Shown: piece after piece, positions 39,721-50,435 of the stretch
Position numbering within the stretch: position 1 is the first letter of the stretch
How the letters are laid out: the number at the start of each line of letters is the position of its first letter
Source of the DNA: the human T2T-CHM13v2.0 reference genome, Homo sapiens
Reading direction: 5' to 3' (one strand)
Length of the DNA: 64,000 bases
Assembly (NCBI RefSeq): GCF_009914755.1
Contig: NC_060930.1
Position numbers and translations under genes: made by a program
Notes under the pieces: model-generated
The model's input: only the letters and a program-made list of their open reading frames with translations
Database searches by the model: none
Told to the model about the DNA's origin: nothing

Positions 39721-40616
39721 AGTCTCAGTAAAGTCAAAGAGATATAAGCCAGATATTAATAGGTTCAAAATTAACCAGACAATGAGAAAAATGGAGATAG
39801 AAAGATTAGACCTTGGATGGAAGGTCAGAAAAAGGGTCAGGATAAGGGTTGAAATTTTGTCATTGTTGTTGTTCTTTTTAATGGTGATGGTGATGGTTCT
39901 TACTTTGCTTACTGTTATCATTTAAAGTAAAAACAATATCAGATTATTTATAAGGTTGGAGAAAGGGGCAAATACAGAATGAGATGTCAAAAACTGGGAA
40001 GATAGGGATACCTCACAAATGAAAGAAAACTGATGGGAAACTAAGTCAAAATGCAGGTGGAGGTCTGAGTCTTGAATGGGAAATTAAAAATTTCTTCATC
40101 TGAGGCTGGAAGAGAAAAGAGGGAGGCAATAGACGAAGAATGTTAGCTACGGAGGTAATAAATTGATACAGTTCAAATCACATATCTTTATTTTTCTTGG
40201 AACTATTGGAGGCAAATTTATATGCTGAAAGGTGCTAGAGTTGTTATATAATAAACTGATTATATAATAGAACATTAATTATATAAAACATAATTAGCAA
40301 GAGTCAAGGAAGTCACAACCCCATGGCATAAGTAATTTATCAAATGAAAGAGCAACCTCTGGTAATATGTACCTTCCAACTGAAGAAGGATTAGAGGGAG
40401 ACCTCTTGAACTCAGAAGTATTTCAAATTTCCCACTATCTGACAATTAGTTTTAATTTTGTAGTGCAGGGAGTTTGAGATAACGAAGACAGAAATTGAAA
40501 ACTACTTTTGGTCAATAAAGTATTGAAAAACGGTATATAAATGATGTGAGTTACTTTCTCTTTTGGGGGATACTTCACATTTGAATTCTCAGTAATTAAA
40601 TATATATATATATATA

Positions 40617-40764
40617 GGGAGGGGGGAGGGATAGCATTAGGAGATATAACTAATGCTAAATGACGAGTTAACAGGTGCAGCACACCAGCATGGCACATGT
40701 ATACATATGTAACTAACCTGCACATTGTGCACATGTACCCTAAAACTTAAAGTATAATAATAAA
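40617..40764 (+). mobile_element. Severely 5'-truncated young L1PA (L1PA3-like) 3' end
   Basis: gggagggatagcattaggagata..gctaaatgacgagttaa..cacaccagcatggcacatgtatacatatgtaactaacctgcacattgtgcacatgtaccctaaaacttaaagtataataataaa. Confidence 0.93.
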
Positions 40765-40823
40765 TATATATTATATATATATAGAGAGAGAGAGAGTGTG
40801 TGTGAGAGAGAGAGAGAGAGAGA
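40765..40823. repeat. Compound (TA)n(GA)n(GT)n(GA)n microsatellite
   Basis: Directly visible. Confidence 0.9.
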
Positions 40824-43800
40824 TAACCAAATACAGATAAATAGGTTTCTCACTCTGCCATATCCATATTACATTTCTCTGGGATCTTTTTTTTTTTTTT
40901 TGAGATGCTCCAGTGTCTAGTATTAGAACCCTTAATCTAAGACTATTTATTATATTTTTTTCTGTAGAATGTTTTCCAGAATATGCTACTCATTGGAAAC
41001 GGTGATAGAAATTTGAAATTGCTCTGAGTTCATAATGAAGAATGACCAACATCTATTATTCATCAAATGAAATTCTCCACTAAACAAAATCCTGACCTTT
41101 GTGAAAGTGCTTCTTTGACTTTTTAACTAATGCAATAACCACATGACCTTTGGTGCTCAAAAACCCTTGAGTGGCTCTCTACAACTTCTGCAGATTCTTA
41201 AGAGTTGGGTACATGAAATAGCTATTTCTAGGTAAAGTCAACCAGGCCAGTGTGAAAATAAGGTTTGATAAATTATTTCTTCCAGTATTAGAGTTTAAAT
41301 ATGAATTTCTAGGATCTTCCTGATTTTCACCATTGTAGCAAATTTATATGCTTGTGTTAATTTGTGAGAATTTTAATCTGTACATTATCAATATGTAATT
41401 AAATTCTACTTGGTTGAATTAAATCTGTTAGATAATTTGGGACAGACATCAAATTTGAATGGCATTTTTACTAAGTTGATAGTTGTTTTACTGACATGGC
41501 TGGCATTGGATACAAACAAAATCTCCCTAGTGACTGTAAGATAATTTTTAATACATTGTACTTCATTTTGTGTCAAGCCAAATCTTATTTAACTAGCTAT
41601 TGCATATCTAGTGACAACAGCAGGCATCATTTGAATTCAAAATCCAACATTGTCCCACACATGAAATACTTTATCCTTTACCTTTAACATAACTGTAGAC
41701 TTTGGATCAAAACAAAACGTGCATATATGTAAAAATATTACAAATTTTTTTGTAATGACTTTTTTAAGTAACTGAATAAATCACATAGAGCCAAAAAGAA
41801 CTCTTTTACTGGAATTATTTGGTGAGTATACACAAAATATGAAAATTTTATAAGAATTGAAACAAATTGGTTTTATATGCTTTCAGAGTAAATTTAGGAA
41901 TAATACATGACTGACTCAAACTTGGTCATTGATGGCATACATCCTGAAGTTTAATTATTGTTATCATTTGGCTAGTCATAGAAGTTTTTTTTATGGTTTA
42001 ACGTTAGAATATATGTGTGTTTATGTGTACATATATATATATGTATGTATGTATATGTATACTTTCTTTGTTCCCATCTGCTACAGATTTCATTACACTA
42101 CTCTTACCAAATAAAGAATCATATCAGCATGTATTACTTTACGAGTAGAGTCTCAATTTCTTCAAGACATATACTGAGAAAGAAAGGCAACTTAACAACA
42201 GGTATGTTGTACTCATTGTTTAGGATCACTTTAAAGCAAATCATTTCCTTGTCAACTCTTCTTTCTAGCACCTAAGTCATATCTGCAAATAGCTTCCATG
42301 ATAACCATTTGCTTACATGTCCACTTGAAGAAAAATGCAAAACATTTTCCAGTTGCTTATTGGGAGACCCCAAAGTAGAAAGCAGAAGTATTTCTTTATC
42401 AAACTAGCCTGACTCCTATCTTTCCCATTAAAAAGACTTTTTAGGAATCCTATTTTTGTCCCTAATCAAATACTCAAGAAGTGGCCCTTCAGACATGTGC
42501 ACTTACTTCCTTCCCTTGCTAAAACTTTCTCGCTAAAGCCATGAGTACACTGCTGACTTTTAGCTCAACAATCTTCTGCAAACTGCAACTCCCATTTGGT
42601 TGTTTTGGATTGATAGTAATCTCTCTGCACATGTATTCTAATATATACTGATGTGGTAGCCAGTGTTTCAAATGCCAGCGGAAATGCAATCTCTGCTAGA
42701 AGGAAGCACTTATGAATTGGCAAAGAATAAATGGCTGCCATCGGGAATAAGTGCTTGTCATATCAAAGCTTTGGCAAACATCTATGCTTAGAAGATTTAG
42801 TCTGATGAATTTCATCCACACCTACCAGATGTTATATCTAGAATTTTGCCAGGTGTTTGCACAAATATATATTGCCTGGAAAATCTTAGGAATAAATGAC
42901 ATTTAAGTTTGAAATTCATTAAAATTTTATTTTATTAAAAAGAACTGGCTTATTGAAATCTAAAAACATATTTATCTATGCTCACCATTGTATATTTTTG
43001 CCAAGTTGTCGCTGATATTTTAACACAGAACAGAATTCATTTGTTTTCTGATATTTTATACCAGAAATTCCTACTATGTCTATAGCAAATACAAAATGAA
43101 GAAAAAGCTGTGAATGATGGCACCCAGAAACTATCTCCTAAAGCATTATTTTTTTAATCCTAGGAGTTTCGAGTTACCTTTTTGATTGTCTTTTTAAACT
43201 TCTCTTTTTAGGAAAGGTCAGAAGTTGCTTAAATTAATATGGTCTTCCTCAATTAAAATGCTAAATTGGTTTCTTGGATGCAGTTTAACAGTATATCCGA
43301 TAATTAGAAGAGGAAAGCGAAAGTAGACAGTCTTTTTAGGTGTTAACACCAGAGAAATTTTATCATCCAATAAAGAACAAAACCTGTCTAGAAAACACTT
43401 AAGCTGAATTACCTGTTGCCAACAGTTCAAAGAAATCAAAGCCGGATTAGTAGTAATGACAAAACAAACACGTTGCATTGTCTTAAGCATAAGTGAGGTG
43501 CAGAATATCTGTACTCAACTGAAGATCAAAGTATAATTTTCAATGAAAGTGCAGCATGCTTTCCAAAAAAGCATTAGAATCCTAAAAGGAGAAGGAGTTC
43601 AAGTTTCATTTTTTCATAATGTGATTCTCTAATAAAAGTGTCAGATTTAGGTGTTGAAATGTGTAATCTTAATATTACAGACTTTGCAACAGTAAAATAT
43701 CCTTTTTAGTGTGTGTTCTGACTTGTTAGTATTTGAATAGAGACATTGTGAGAAGAAATATTTAAACTATCACTAGAATTATAGGGAAACAAATAAATGC

Positions 43801-46089
43801 CAGCAGACACTTTAGTTCCTTGAATTTTACCCCTTTTCAAAGTAGGTAGCTGGAGACCGGGCTATTTCTCAGAGAACACTCATCCTAAGAAAACCAAGAC
43901 AGAAATGCCCTTAAGAAACTGCCTTTGGTCACCATCAAAAGGAGAATGCTCAGATCAAAAGGTGCTTACTTGATCTTAAGAACTTATCTTTTGGGACCTG
44001 TTTTCTACTCTATTATATCATGACATTCTTGCCTGTCAGTGAAAATATTATTTTCCAAATGTGCCATCTTCTCTTACCCCAAGTTGGTTTTTACTGTTTG
44101 AAATGAACTACTCCTTCTCCACATCTTTCTTTCTCTTCAAGCTTTTTTTCAGTATTATTATCTAATTCTGAAGACTTTCTTGACCTCAAGACACCTTCCC
44201 CACACTGGATGGTTAGACTCTCCTCCATCTTATATCCTACTTACTAAAGATTATTTCCATTATACATTTGTTTATCACATTTTCCATTAGATTGTGAATT
44301 CTTGAGGGCAATAGCTATGCCTTTAGTTGCCAAAATTCTCAATTTTTTTTTTAATATTGTATGTTTGGTAAATGTTTCCCGAACATCACAAGGTAAACCT
44401 TAACTGACAGTTTTTTGTCCTGTCCCCCAAGTGAATTCATTTGTGCCTTATCGCCCCAGTTTGGCTATGAATCTCTTAGAGTATCTGGAAAGTAGCAGTT
44501 GGGTATATTGATCTACTCAATATGAATTCCTTTCAAGACTTCTGGTGACATGGAAAGGCCACAAACTAGGCAACATATAATCAGGTGATAATGGATATGA
44601 TGAGAAACAATTAAAAGTGAGGCTTTGATTTTACATTGACTTCTTGCCCTAACTTATATGTTAATAGAGATGGAGGTAAAGACCGAAGGTCAGAAGGCAG
44701 TTTTATTTTTCCTCTTGTGAGAAAAACTGAGGTTAAAGTTATCCCAGTTTCACTTCAAAACTTCTCCCTTTAATACTCCATTTTGCCTAAAAGCCCAAGT
44801 GGGAAGAAAGAGAACTTGTGAAACAAAAACTGTTTCCCTAAATACAATACTATATTACTAAATACATGGCCAATGCGCAAATGTTTGCGACAATATTTTT
44901 TTCTAGTTCTTCCTCAAACTTTACGGCTACATCCACTAGGTTGTATTTCACCTCAGAAGTGTTGTTATTGTGTCCCACAATCACTGAATTGAAGAAAATT
45001 ATAAAATATTTTATTTGTAAATTAATCTACTGTCATTTAAATTATTCTCAAGTTTAGAGTCACTAAAATGAAAACTATAACTATGGCAGATATTTTATAT
45101 TATTTAGGAAGATTATCAGGTCTTCATGAAACTAAGAAGAAAATATCTTTTTCTGCGGTATGGTGTATTTGGAAAATACAGCACAAACTAGTTGAAGTCT
45201 TTGAAATAAATTAAATTTTATTACTTCTGCTTAATAGAACACTTATGGCCTCAGAAAGAACTAGAGTTTGAATTAACAGTCACTTGCTTTTAATGTAGTT
45301 GCTCTATCACTGCATATCTGTAGTGTACCTACAATGTGGTGCTCACTTTTATACAGCTGATAAGACAATGATGAACAAGAGAGATATCTTATTATTATTG
45401 TAAATTATTAAATATGTGGCCAAATATTTGTGAAAAATATTTCCTCTTAGTTTTTACCTGCTGTACATTACCACTGTTATGATAGAGGTAATATTAGTGC
45501 TGCAATTGTCAGAAGAACAATAGTAGACAATGAGCTAATTGGGGGAGGGACATGAGACTGTATCTGAGACCAGGAACAGGACTAGAACAGGAGGAGATCA
45601 TGCAGTGCCTTGGGGAACATGGCAAGCAGTTCTGATTATATTCAAAATACAGTGAGAAAGCTTTGAATTGAAGGGTTTTAAGAAGAGAAAAGATATAATT
45701 TTATTTGCACCTTAAAATGAATACTTAAGCTGCTATATACAACATGAGTGAAAGTGGAGGGACACAATCAGGAGGTTATTGCAGACCAGGGAGGGGAAAC
45801 CTGTGACTTAGGTGAGTGAAAATGTCAGTGAAGATGGATGGAGTGGATGGATTGAAGATTACTATTCTGGACATAAGTGATAGGAGCTGCTGACTAATGA
45901 GATGGGGGAGGATTAAGGAAGAACAAGAATCAAGCTTTCTGGCTTAGACAACTAAATGAATGCTGTTGCCATTTTCTGATAGGGAAAAGATTGAGGAGAA
46001 AAAATTGGGAGAAAATATCGAGAATTATTTACTGGACATGTTACATCTGAAGTGTCTATGAGAAATTCAAATGAAGATGCCAGTTAGGA

Positions 46090-46670
46090 CTTGACCCCAC
46101 ATATTGTCACTCTTTTCTCTTGCAATCTATTCTTTAACATAAAAACAAGATGTTCCTGTGGAAAGTTAAGTCAGATGTTCTCTAAACTATCCTCAAATTA
46201 CACAGTGGCTTATGAAACCCTACCTGACCTGACCCACCATTTAATCTTGGACTTAAGCTCCTCTATTCTCTCTGCTGGAGCCAGCCATGCTGCGAGCCTC
46301 ACTGTTGCTTGAATCCACAAGATGTGTTCCTGCCTGAGGGCCTTTATTCTTGCTATCCCTTCAGTCAGGAACATTCTTTTCTTGTAGATATGCATCCCTC
46401 CATTCCCTGCCTCCTGAAAGTCTTGGCTCACATATTATTTCAGTGATTCCCGCAGCCACCCAGGGCTGTATTTCTGGGTGTGCAACTTGTAAAGTCAATA
46501 TTTATTTTGCACAAGGCCTCACAAATTAGGGAGCCAGTTCTGTAAACTGGAGAATTGCAGCCCCCAGTCCGTGCAATTCTCCTTACCCTGTATTGTTTTT
46601 CTCCACAGTACATATCAATGTCTAGCCCATTGTATTTTATTATTTGGTTATTATCCCCTCCATCAAAATT
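46090..46670 (+). mobile_element. L2 3' fragment in the opposite orientation, with a MER91-like piece at ~46460-46500
   Basis: gttcctgcctgagggcctttattcttgctatcccttcagtcaggaacattctt (L2 sense). cagggctgtatttctgggtgtgcaacttgt resembles the MER91 start. Confidence 0.55.
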
Positions 46671-46679
46671 CCATAAAAA

Positions 46680-46808
46680 TGTCTACCCAAAGCGGTTGAA
46701 AATTTATGTCCATAAAATTGCACACCAATGCTCATGGCAGCCTAATTCATAATTGCCAAAACATGAAATTAACCAAGACATTCTTCAGTAGATGAATGGA
46801 TAAATAAG
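46680..46808 (+). mobile_element. Short L1M fragment
   Basis: tctacccaaagcggttgaaaatttatgtcca..ttcataattgccaaaac..aaccaagacattcttcagtagatgaatggataaataa. Confidence 0.75.
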
Positions 46809-47739
46809 TAAATGACTTCCAACATTAGGAGTTAAGATAGAGGAGGAAGAGTTTGCAAAGTGGACGGTGATAGAGTAGTGAATGAAGAAAGAGAAAAATC
46901 AAGAGTATTTTGCAATGGAAACACAGTGAACAGTGTTTCAGAAGGAAGAGTGGTCAAATGCTGGGAAAATCACTGACGGTCAAAGTTAAATGAGACCAAT
47001 GTGTTATTTGCTGTGGATCTTGAGAAGAGCAATCTACATTAGTGTAGTGGTGAGGTTGGAAGACTTATGGGAGTGAATGAGAGCACAAGTAAGAGATAAG
47101 GAAGATTTAAAAAAAATAAGAAAATCTCTAGGTTATTAATCTGTTTATCATCTACATGTCATGCATCTGTCTATTTGAGTAAAAGGCATAATTGTATTTG
47201 TGTAAAACTGACCCCACAAAATTTATTTTTATGTAGACCTATAAAACTCCAATTAATAGAGCATTTTTCCTAAACTATACTTCATTTTTTATTATTTTTG
47301 AATACTTTTGAGGGAAGAGATGAAAAAGTATAAGCATTTTCTCTGTATTCAGTTTTCAACATAATTATGAAAATTAGATAAATATCAAGTTAAAAATAAC
47401 TGAATTTAAAATATATTATTCATAATAAATTATTTGTAACCAGAAATAATTGCAGTTAAGATTTCAGCAGAGAAAAAGATTATTATACCCTGGTGTTTAA
47501 GAAAAGCATTAGAATAAAGGTAGACTTAAAAGTGATCTGGAAGAATGACTAACATACATGTAGATGGAAAATAAAAAAGAAAATAATTCACATTATTAGG
47601 GGAATTAGAATGAAGAAAAAATAGGAGATAAAAAAGTGAAAGATAGATTGAGGAAGGCAGATTTTTAACGAAGTTAGTTTGAAATAAAGACGAGAAATTG
47701 AGGATAAAATAGACTGGGAACTTATATGTGACTGTAGGA

Positions 47740-47970
47740 GCTATGTGGTGTAATAAAAATAGTCTTTGGAGTCTTAGAGATCTGTATTTTTATCTTGTTC
47801 CTTTTCCCTATAAACTAACTTCAGACTATGTAAAAACTCAGTTTCTTCAACATAAAATATGACATTATGTTATTTAACTAATAGGTCCGATATAAGGGTT
47901 AAATTTACTAAAGTAACCAATTTAATATACCTGATACATAATTGGTCCTCAATACCTATTGGTTACTTCC
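47740..47970 (+). mobile_element. MIR SINE
   Basis: gtctttggagtc.tagagatctg..ctcagtttcttcaacataaaat..tacctgatacataattggtcctcaata. Confidence 0.6.
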
Positions 47971-48249
47971 TGCACACATCCAGCATTGTGTTATAAACAC
48001 TTTAAATGTTTAAGATATGCAGTTTATAGGTGGAGGGGCATTATTAAAGATTCTTAAGTAGGCAGACAACATGATCAAAAGTGGGGTATTTTGACAAGAA
48101 TAATCTTCTGTAATTGTGCAGGAAAATTAGAAGTAAGACTGGTTAGGAATCTTATAGAAAGGTGGACATGGATTAATAGAGATTACTCTGAGCTAGTATC
48201 TTAGGTCTATTCCATAAGAAATGATAGCTTTATCTTTACATAAGTCTAA

Positions 48250-48311
48250 AATATTAGCCTCATAAATATTTACCTTTCTTAATATTAGCCTCATAAATAT
48301 TTACCTTTCTT
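48250..48311. repeat. Perfect 31-bp tandem duplication
   Basis: aatattagcctcataaatatttacctttctt at 48250-48280 and 48281-48311. Confidence 0.95.
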
Positions 48312-48319
48312 AATACTTA

Positions 48320-49430
48320 ATAATTATTGAGAGGGCCAATTTTGTGTGTACACATTGATGAGTTTTCACCACGTTTACGGAACTATACACACACCACCCA
48401 GAGAAAAACAACATTATCAGCCATCCAGATGTCTTCCTCATATCCCTTCTCAAGTCTTAACCTTTCCTCCAAAAGGTAACAACTATTCAGTTATCAGTCA
48501 TCATAATTGTTTTGCCTAGTTTGGAATTTTATTTAAGAAAAATCGCACAGCATTTACTTTTTTGTGCCTGGCTTCTTTTTCTTTCTATCTGTGAAATACG
48601 CCCATGTTGATGCATGCAGCAGTAGTTCATTCTCTCTCCTGTGTAATACTCTTTTGCGTAAGTATAGCACAATACATTTTGTAGCTGATAAATAGTTGTT
48701 TCCAATTTTTGGCCAGTATGAATAAAACTGCCATAAACATTCTTGGACATTTCATTTGTGCACAAATGTATGCACTTCTATACCCTGAAATTGAATTACT
48801 GAACCATAGAATAGGTGCCAAAGAATATCTACTAAATTAATTCAGATGGTACATAGATAAAGCTTCTAGAATATAACAAAGGAACATATTTTTATAACCT
48901 TGGAGGAGAGGAATAGTCCTTAAACAACAAAATTAAAAAATACTAACTATAAATTATAGGAAAATGTTGAAAAATCGACCTTCACTTAACTTGAAAATTT
49001 TAGTTTATCTAAAGTCACCTTTAAAAGAATGAAAAGGCAAGACATAGTGGGAGAACATGCTTTGAATTCATTTATTCAACAAAAGACTCATATCTAGAAT
49101 ATCTAAAGAACTCATTAACACATCAATAAGAAAAAAACCCAGACAATTCAACTTCAAAAAAAAAAAATAGGCCAAAGGAATAAAAATCAAACAGGCATCT
49201 CACACATCTCACACAATGGGCTATCCAAAAGGCTGGGAAACATACGAAAAGGCACTTAACTTTATTAGTCATCAGGGACATGCAAATTAAATCCATAATG
49301 AAATATGACAACAAATAAGCCAAAATATCTAGAATGAAAAAGATTGACAATATTACGTATAGGTAAGAATATAGAGCAACTTTGACTCAAATGCACTGCC
49401 GATGGGAGTGTAAATTGATACAACCATTTT
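48320..49430 (-). mobile_element. Old L1M (L1ME-like) with inverted 5' segment
   Basis: 48320-48820 is L1 3' end on the minus strand. 48840-49430 is the preceding ORF2 segment on the plus strand (ttagtcatcagggacatgcaaattaaatccataatgaaata). Confidence 0.75.
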
Positions 49431-49511
49431 CATTTTTTTTTTAATACTATGTGGGTCAAGCGAAATGTATCTGTGGGCTGAATCTAGCTTTGACCGCTGA
49501 TTTGCAACCTC

Positions 49512-49640
49512 TGAAAACTCCTTTATGTAACAGATATGGACCCTGAGGCATAAAGAAGTTAATTGAAGCTTAATTCAAGGTCAAATAGCTAGAACCCATG
49601 TCTCCTGACTGCTCAATTGGTGTTTTTTCTGCCACACAGT
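49512..49640 (-). mobile_element. MIR fragment, preceded by a hAT-Charlie-like end at ~49445-49512
   Basis: cagatatggaccctgaggcataaagaagttaa..caaggtcaaatagctagaacccatgtctcctgact. Confidence 0.6.
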
Positions 49641-50343
49641 GTGGCTTTCTCTAAATGACTAGACAGGAAATGAAGGGTAAAGTACAATGCTTTGAAATGT
49701 AACATATTTTACGTTGTGCAAGTAAAACCCATTTCATGCAATCTTAAGTGAATAAAAGGAATTTAAATCAAATTTATTTCAATTCTACCAAGGAAGTTTT
49801 AGGCTTAAAATAATAATAATAGTAAGCCTAGAACCACCTATTGGAGATTAGAATATAGACGGTTCAAACACAAAAGCCTTTCATAAAAAGACTTCTGGGT
49901 ATTAGTCACCATTGTTTTCATACATTTGAAAGAACTTAATAACCTACTTTACTATTTTTTTTCTGGAGTACAAATGAACTGTTCCAAAAAGATCAATTAA
50001 ATAATAGGACTGAGAGGCATCTTTTTATCACAGAGGTTTCTTGTGAATATACAGTATTAAAGTTAATTCCCTTGCTATTATTGAGGAAATAGTATGGTCC
50101 TGTTGGAGTTTTAAAATTTCTACTGATGTGAGAATCGAATTCCTTAGCAGATTAAACAATAGAATCTTTGGAAACACCAAAGTATTCTTTAAAAGATCAT
50201 TTCCTTTCAATTGTCATAACTTTAACCAGAAAGAAAAGTGTTGTCTCACTGCAAGAAAGCTTTTAACTTCACATCTAGAAAGGTGGATTATTTTCTCTTA
50301 CATAGGAATTTTATGTACAATAATTTGAATAATAAAATTATAT

Positions 50344-50435
50344 TTTTAAATGCATAATATAAAATTGGTGTAGTTTCTAAGATGTAAAATTGGTATGTTT
50401 CTAACTACACCAATTTTACATCTATGCATTTAAAA
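50344..50435. repeat. ~33-bp inverted repeat enclosing a direct copy of part of the arm
   Basis: ttttaaatgcata-atataaaattggtgtagtt versus the reverse complement of aactacaccaattttacatctatgcatttaaaa: 1 indel, 1 mismatch. Confidence 0.9.

Larger units (their letters stand above)
45290..47110 (-). mobile_element. Fragmented L2, antisense at ~45290-46088 and ~46810-47110, interrupted by other repeats
   Basis: GA-rich L2 motifs (aggaggttattgcag, ctttctggcttagacaact, tggacatgttacatctgaagtgtctatgaga, gtgtttcagaaggaagagtggtcaa). Confidence 0.65.
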
